DNA of 64,000 nucleotides, taken from NCBI GenBank assembly GCA_044226015.1, contig JBGAHS010000013.1:1-64000 (forward strand). The letters are read 5' to 3'. Positions 60,151 to 64,000 of this stretch are shown one piece after another. Each line of letters opens with the position of its first letter. Position 1 is the stretch's first letter. The stretch comes from Candidatus Obscuribacteraceae bacterium. GTDB taxonomy: Bacteria; Cyanobacteriota; Vampirovibrionia; Obscuribacterales; Obscuribacteraceae. A program made the translations under genes and the position numbers. The notes beneath the pieces are model-generated. The model did not search any database and was not told where the DNA came from. It saw nothing but the letters and a program-made list of their open reading frames with translations.

Positions 60151-61065
60151 ATGTCCGAACTTGAAAATGCAAATGCAATCCTTGAGCAAATTTATGAGGC
60201 AAGAAAAGCTGGACGATTGCCCATACCTCCGTTGATTGAAACACACCCATTTCTTGAAGCCGAAGGGATCACCCCGAGAAATTTTACTTTGCTTGCCCAA
60301 GGCGATTCGTGGTTCGATTATCCAGGCGATGACATCATAAATTTTTTGCGCGATCGATTTTTGCATCAAGTGGAAAATATTGCCGTTAAAGGCTCTACGT
60401 TAAACGATATAGTTTACGGACCAGTACCTAAGAACTGGCTTGGTGTTCCTCAATCAAATCAGGTCGATAGAATTCAGGAATTGCAGTTTGTGTTTAACAA
60501 AACTGGGCCGGATGCAGTATTACTTTCAGGTGGTGGAAATGACATTGCCGGAAAAGAATTTTTTCAGCTCATCAATAACAAGCTCTCAAATCTCGAAAAC
60601 CCGAATCAGAAAGTGACAGAGGGTGTGGTCTTTGAGACCTTTTACCAGGCTTACCTGGACATTATCAGCAAAATAATTTCTTGGTTTCATACTGCTGGAA
60701 GGGAGCCGCACATTTTTATTCATGGATATGACTACCCCTATCCAGACGGCAGAGGCTTCAGCATGTTCAATCTGGTGGGACCTTGGTTTGATGAAACTTT
60801 CAACAAGAAAAATTATCCATTAACTGAACTTGACGCAAGATATCAGATCACCAAAAAGATAATGGATGAATTCAACACCATGCTGGCTAAACTAGCTTCC
60901 GATCATGCCGGTGTGGTGCACTATGTTGATTTCCGAGGAACCCTGCCCGATCACGGCGATTGGGCAAATGAATTACATCCGACACGTGATGGTTTTTCTC
61001 GCCTTGCTGATAAGTTGAACTATGAGATTCACAAAGCACTTGACACAACCGGTCAGGGCGCCTGA
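60151..61065 (+). CDS. SGNH/GDSL hydrolase, paralog of 12371..13312
   Basis: AQGDSWFDYP, LSGGGNDIAG, HGYDYPYPDGR, WANELHP. Confidence 0.85.
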   Translation: MSELENANAILEQIYEARKAGRLPIPPLIETHPFLEAEGITPRNFTLLAQGDSWFDYPGDDIINFLRDRFLHQVENIAVKGSTLNDIVYGPVPKNWLGVPQSNQVDRIQELQFVFNKTGPDAVLLSGGGNDIAGKEFFQLINNKLSNLENPNQKVTEGVVFETFYQAYLDIISKIISWFHTAGREPHIFIHGYDYPYPDGRGFSMFNLVGPWFDETFNKKNYPLTELDARYQITKKIMDEFNTMLAKLASDHAGVVHYVDFRGTLPDHGDWANELHPTRDGFSRLADKLNYEIHKALDTTGQGA

Positions 61066-62081
61066 ATTGACACAGCCCGGAAATGAACGGGAAGCCCTTT
61101 CGAAAGGGCTTCCCCACATTCGAGATCCTTACCATCGTATTTTGCTTTCACTTTTCCATCATCGCTTAGCAGCTGAAGTGTTTTACTTCCAGGGAAAGAA
61201 AATAGTGCTTCCGGGTTGAGATTGCCAAAATCATATCGAACTTCTTTTGGGTCCGAGCCTGGATCACCGTTCCACGAAAACAGATGGAAACCTGAGGCGC
61301 GGTCAAAAGGTCCGCTTACAATGTAATATTTTTTCAGTTCGGGGATGTACTCTATGCTGCGTACTCCGACGCCACCAAGTTTAAGACGCACAGGATCTCC
61401 AAAAACAACTGGTTTTCCGTCCATTAGTTCTTTTGGATTTTCAATTGATACTAAAATTGCTTTTTGACTTGCATCAAGAGGCGCTCTAAGTCCTACAAGC
61501 AATTTCTTATTTTGCCAGACAGTCATACCTTCGATGTTAAATGCAGTAGCTGTCTTAGGCATGCGGGTTGGATCAATTTGCTTCGAAAAATCCTCCAGAT
61601 TAAATTCTTTGTAGCGGCTATCATTTACCAGATCTTTGAGCAGGTTTCTGTATGGTTCACCGATAAGCTTGGCTTCTACGTTATTGCCGTCCATGCCTAG
61701 TTTTAAAGCAAATAACCAGTGCCTTCCAGTGTCTAGCTTCCCACCCTTCTTCCTTGAATGGGAAGAAATCCAGTAACTGGTCTCACCGATTGTGGTGGCA
61801 GCTTCTATTTCCATCTCTGTGTCTTCTGTGATTCCAGAAATGCGCTTTGCTAGATTTACCTTCTTGTCAATTGGTTTTGACTGTCCTAATTTGTAAGCTG
61901 TCATGACTGCATTCTCATCGTTTCCGACCAGGAAATACTTTGTGCCAGGAATAACTACAGCCGCTGAAGCGTCGCAACAATTATTGTATTCCTGTATTTC
62001 CAGCGCCATAGCTTGCTGTACGCAGAGAAAGCTTGTTAAAAATCCAAAAAGGATTTGTAGTTTTGTCATATAAGCATCCAT
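61053..62081 (-). CDS. DUF3616-like secreted beta-propeller protein
   Basis: Signal peptide; DASA, GNDE, EIEAA, SSHSR, FNIEG, GLRAP, NPEAL, LSDDG. Confidence 0.75.
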   Translation of the reverse strand: MDAYMTKLQILFGFLTSFLCVQQAMALEIQEYNNCCDASAAVVIPGTKYFLVGNDENAVMTAYKLGQSKPIDKKVNLAKRISGITEDTEMEIEAATTIGETSYWISSHSRKKGGKLDTGRHWLFALKLGMDGNNVEAKLIGEPYRNLLKDLVNDSRYKEFNLEDFSKQIDPTRMPKTATAFNIEGMTVWQNKKLLVGLRAPLDASQKAILVSIENPKELMDGKPVVFGDPVRLKLGGVGVRSIEYIPELKKYYIVSGPFDRASGFHLFSWNGDPGSDPKEVRYDFGNLNPEALFSFPGSKTLQLLSDDGKVKAKYDGKDLECGEALSKGLPVHFRAVSIQAP

Positions 62082-62093
62082 TATTTTTTACTG

Positions 62094-62345
62094 TCAGTTT
62101 TGTGGCTTCAGTGTAGCTTTTGCTTTGTTGAGGTGTTTCAGTGCATCATCCAGTGCTTTTAGTCGGGACTTTTCGGCAGGAGATAGTGCCTGTCCTTTTA
62201 TCGCTATTTGTGAGTACTCTTGTCTGTCACTCTTAATAGCTTCATCAATGGCTTGCTCCGTGGTTAGCGGCCTCATATCAGCATATGCAGCTGTTGTTGC
62301 TATGCAAACACTCGTTAAAATCAAGCAATTGTTTAATCGTTTCAT
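62094..62345 (-). CDS. small secreted helical protein
   Basis: Signal peptide ending AYA; in operon. Confidence 0.7.
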   Translation of the reverse strand: MKRLNNCLILTSVCIATTAAYADMRPLTTEQAIDEAIKSDRQEYSQIAIKGQALSPAEKSRLKALDDALKHLNKAKATLKPQN

Positions 62346-62354
62346 TCTTTCACC

Positions 62355-62933
62355 TCAGCCAGTCTGTAAAGTGAGCATCTTTGCATTAACTCGATTGATT
62401 AGGTCGATTCGATCTACCTTCTTACCAGGACAATCATGATTATCTTTCACACAATTCTTGTGGAATCCCAATCCACTGCGCCATAGAATCAATGGATCCG
62501 GTGTCCATTTCATTTTGTTAAAAACAGTGGCTATCAGATGAACCGCGTTATCTCTGACTTTTGCACCATCTCCCGAATCAAACTCTTCATTATGATAATC
62601 GCCAATCATTTCGCAACCAAAAGCAACCTTATTTGCGCAAGAGCAGTGCACACCGTCTGCCATGGGATCGCATAGTTCCCAGATCAAATCTGGGCTGACA
62701 AACCAATGGGGACCTGAATGCCAGCCAAGGGTGTCCCGGTAACGGTGACGAAGATTTACCATCCGTTCTGCCGGAGTCGCAGTACCCGTTAGCCATTGAT
62801 GTAAGCTTGGCGCGTCTGTGTTATGCAAGATCATCATTCTAGGCTTCCAGCTTGCATGCGCAAAGTCCAGAGCATTAAACATCTTGCTAAATTCATCCAG
62901 CGTATAGGATCTCGCTTTTGCCAAAAAGGTCAT
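62355..62933 (-). CDS. N-acetylmuramoyl-L-alanine amidase (Amidase_2/PGRP-like)
   Basis: ILHNT, GWHSGPHWF, GCEMIGDY, FHK, HDCPG. Confidence 0.85.
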   Translation of the reverse strand: MTFLAKARSYTLDEFSKMFNALDFAHASWKPRMMILHNTDAPSLHQWLTGTATPAERMVNLRHRYRDTLGWHSGPHWFVSPDLIWELCDPMADGVHCSCANKVAFGCEMIGDYHNEEFDSGDGAKVRDNAVHLIATVFNKMKWTPDPLILWRSGLGFHKNCVKDNHDCPGKKVDRIDLINRVNAKMLTLQTG

Positions 62934-63877
62934 TACTTAAGCTCGTTATTCAGCATTTTAGCTAGGCGATATCCGGCAAGAGAAATGCGCTTTTCAGCAA
63001 TTCTTTTTGCGTTGGATCTATATTCATCACTCACGTCGTAGCCGTTTTCACCACCCCATTCAGGTCCAACAGGCGGTTTGTAGACATCAGATTTCGCTAT
63101 GTCTACGCTCTCTTTAATCCAATCCGAAAGATTTTGATCGTCGATTTCTGAATCGGTAGGCTTCGCTAACGATTTAGCTAAAGTCACAGCACCATCTATA
63201 TCTTCCTCCTTGTCGCCAGCAGCTGAATCCCAAAACGCATGCAATTCATTTGGCTCGGTGTGTAAAGCAACCTTGTTTCCGCCCTCGTCCCCTGTCGCGT
63301 GATCATGCGTACACCGTGTCACCGCATGCAGTGGCTGGTGGACATCACCTACCAGGTGAAAAAGCCAAACAAGACAATAAGCCTTTTCAGCATCACGAGC
63401 GTCGGATGCGATAACTTCTCGAAATTTTGTAATTTGTGTCTCTACATTTGGCGTTGGCATATTGGCTGGCAAATTTGTGCCATCAGTACTGAAGGGATAA
63501 TTCACGTAGTGCCAGCTCTTATGTTTTTGCTTGTCTTTAAAAGCTTCGTGCATGTCCCCAGAGTCAGCTGCTGTGCTGGCAACCTTCTTTGCTCCTTCGC
63601 CTTTCCAGTCGTCAGCCCAGCGTCCAGCAATCGCGCCTATCTGAGCTGAATCGCTTTTATCCGTCCTATTCAGATATTTTTTCCATTGTCTTGATGGATT
63701 CTTTTTCAATAACTCGGCTACGCGGTCTTTCTTTTGCGGATCTAATTGCGAAAATGCGATGTAACCAATAACCATGTGCCCATATCTATTCCATGCCATG
63801 GCAGGCTGTGAAATGGACGCCGCTAAAGACGCGCAGCAAGCCAGACTGATCAACACTTTGTTCATAGAGAATCTCAT
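62933..63877 (-). CDS. S1/P1 nuclease, secreted
   Basis: Mature N-terminal W..YGH, WADD, WHYVN, HLVGDVHQPLH, GGN, LHAFWD. Confidence 0.92.
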   Translation of the reverse strand: MRFSMNKVLISLACCASLAASISQPAMAWNRYGHMVIGYIAFSQLDPQKKDRVAELLKKNPSRQWKKYLNRTDKSDSAQIGAIAGRWADDWKGEGAKKVASTAADSGDMHEAFKDKQKHKSWHYVNYPFSTDGTNLPANMPTPNVETQITKFREVIASDARDAEKAYCLVWLFHLVGDVHQPLHAVTRCTHDHATGDEGGNKVALHTEPNELHAFWDSAAGDKEEDIDGAVTLAKSLAKPTDSEIDDQNLSDWIKESVDIAKSDVYKPPVGPEWGGENGYDVSDEYRSNAKRIAEKRISLAGYRLAKMLNNELK

Positions 63878-64000
63878 TCCAATCAGCGTTAGATAGAAGC
63901 GCCAATTGACTTGGCGCTTTTGTAGTTTGTTTATGAAGAGATTATAGGTGTCTGCTTTGATAAATCAATCAAGGTGTTGGAAATTCACCAAAAATCCTTT

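Overview
This window looks like part of a large mobilisable/conjugative plasmid or ICE. The host is possibly a Melainabacteria/Vampirovibrionia (Obscuribacterales-like) bacterium, which is only an impression from protein style. From left to right: (i) a putative leading region (1-1900) with two paralogous small acidic genes, repeated hairpins and a ~195-nt rod-shaped element resembling 6S RNA; (ii) a MOB-P-type oriT, RHH auxiliary protein, HUH relaxase and VirD4-like coupling protein, translationally coupled to a membrane protein and a J-domain protein, followed by a zincin-tipped toxin/immunity pair; (iii) hydrolase cargo (trypsin-like lipoprotein, GH19, SGNH, S8); (iv) a LamG surface protein plus a 2883-aa C39-Rhs protein with inserted repeat domains; (v) a tyrosine recombinase with a loxP-like site; (vi) a defence-like island (DUF4365 pair, XRE/ImmA, split ShosTA-like PRTase/HAD/DprA); (vii) a replication/partition-like locus (HTH-coiled-coil protein, TGTCTAGACA palindromes, one active-looking and one inactive AEP-primase paralog); (viii) decayed IS elements around an anti-phage dCTP deaminase; (ix) several pseudogenes; and (x) a second hydrolase cluster (S8, NucA-type nuclease, SGNH, DUF3616, amidase, S1/P1 nuclease). 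All family calls come from motif recognition by eye; no database searches were run.
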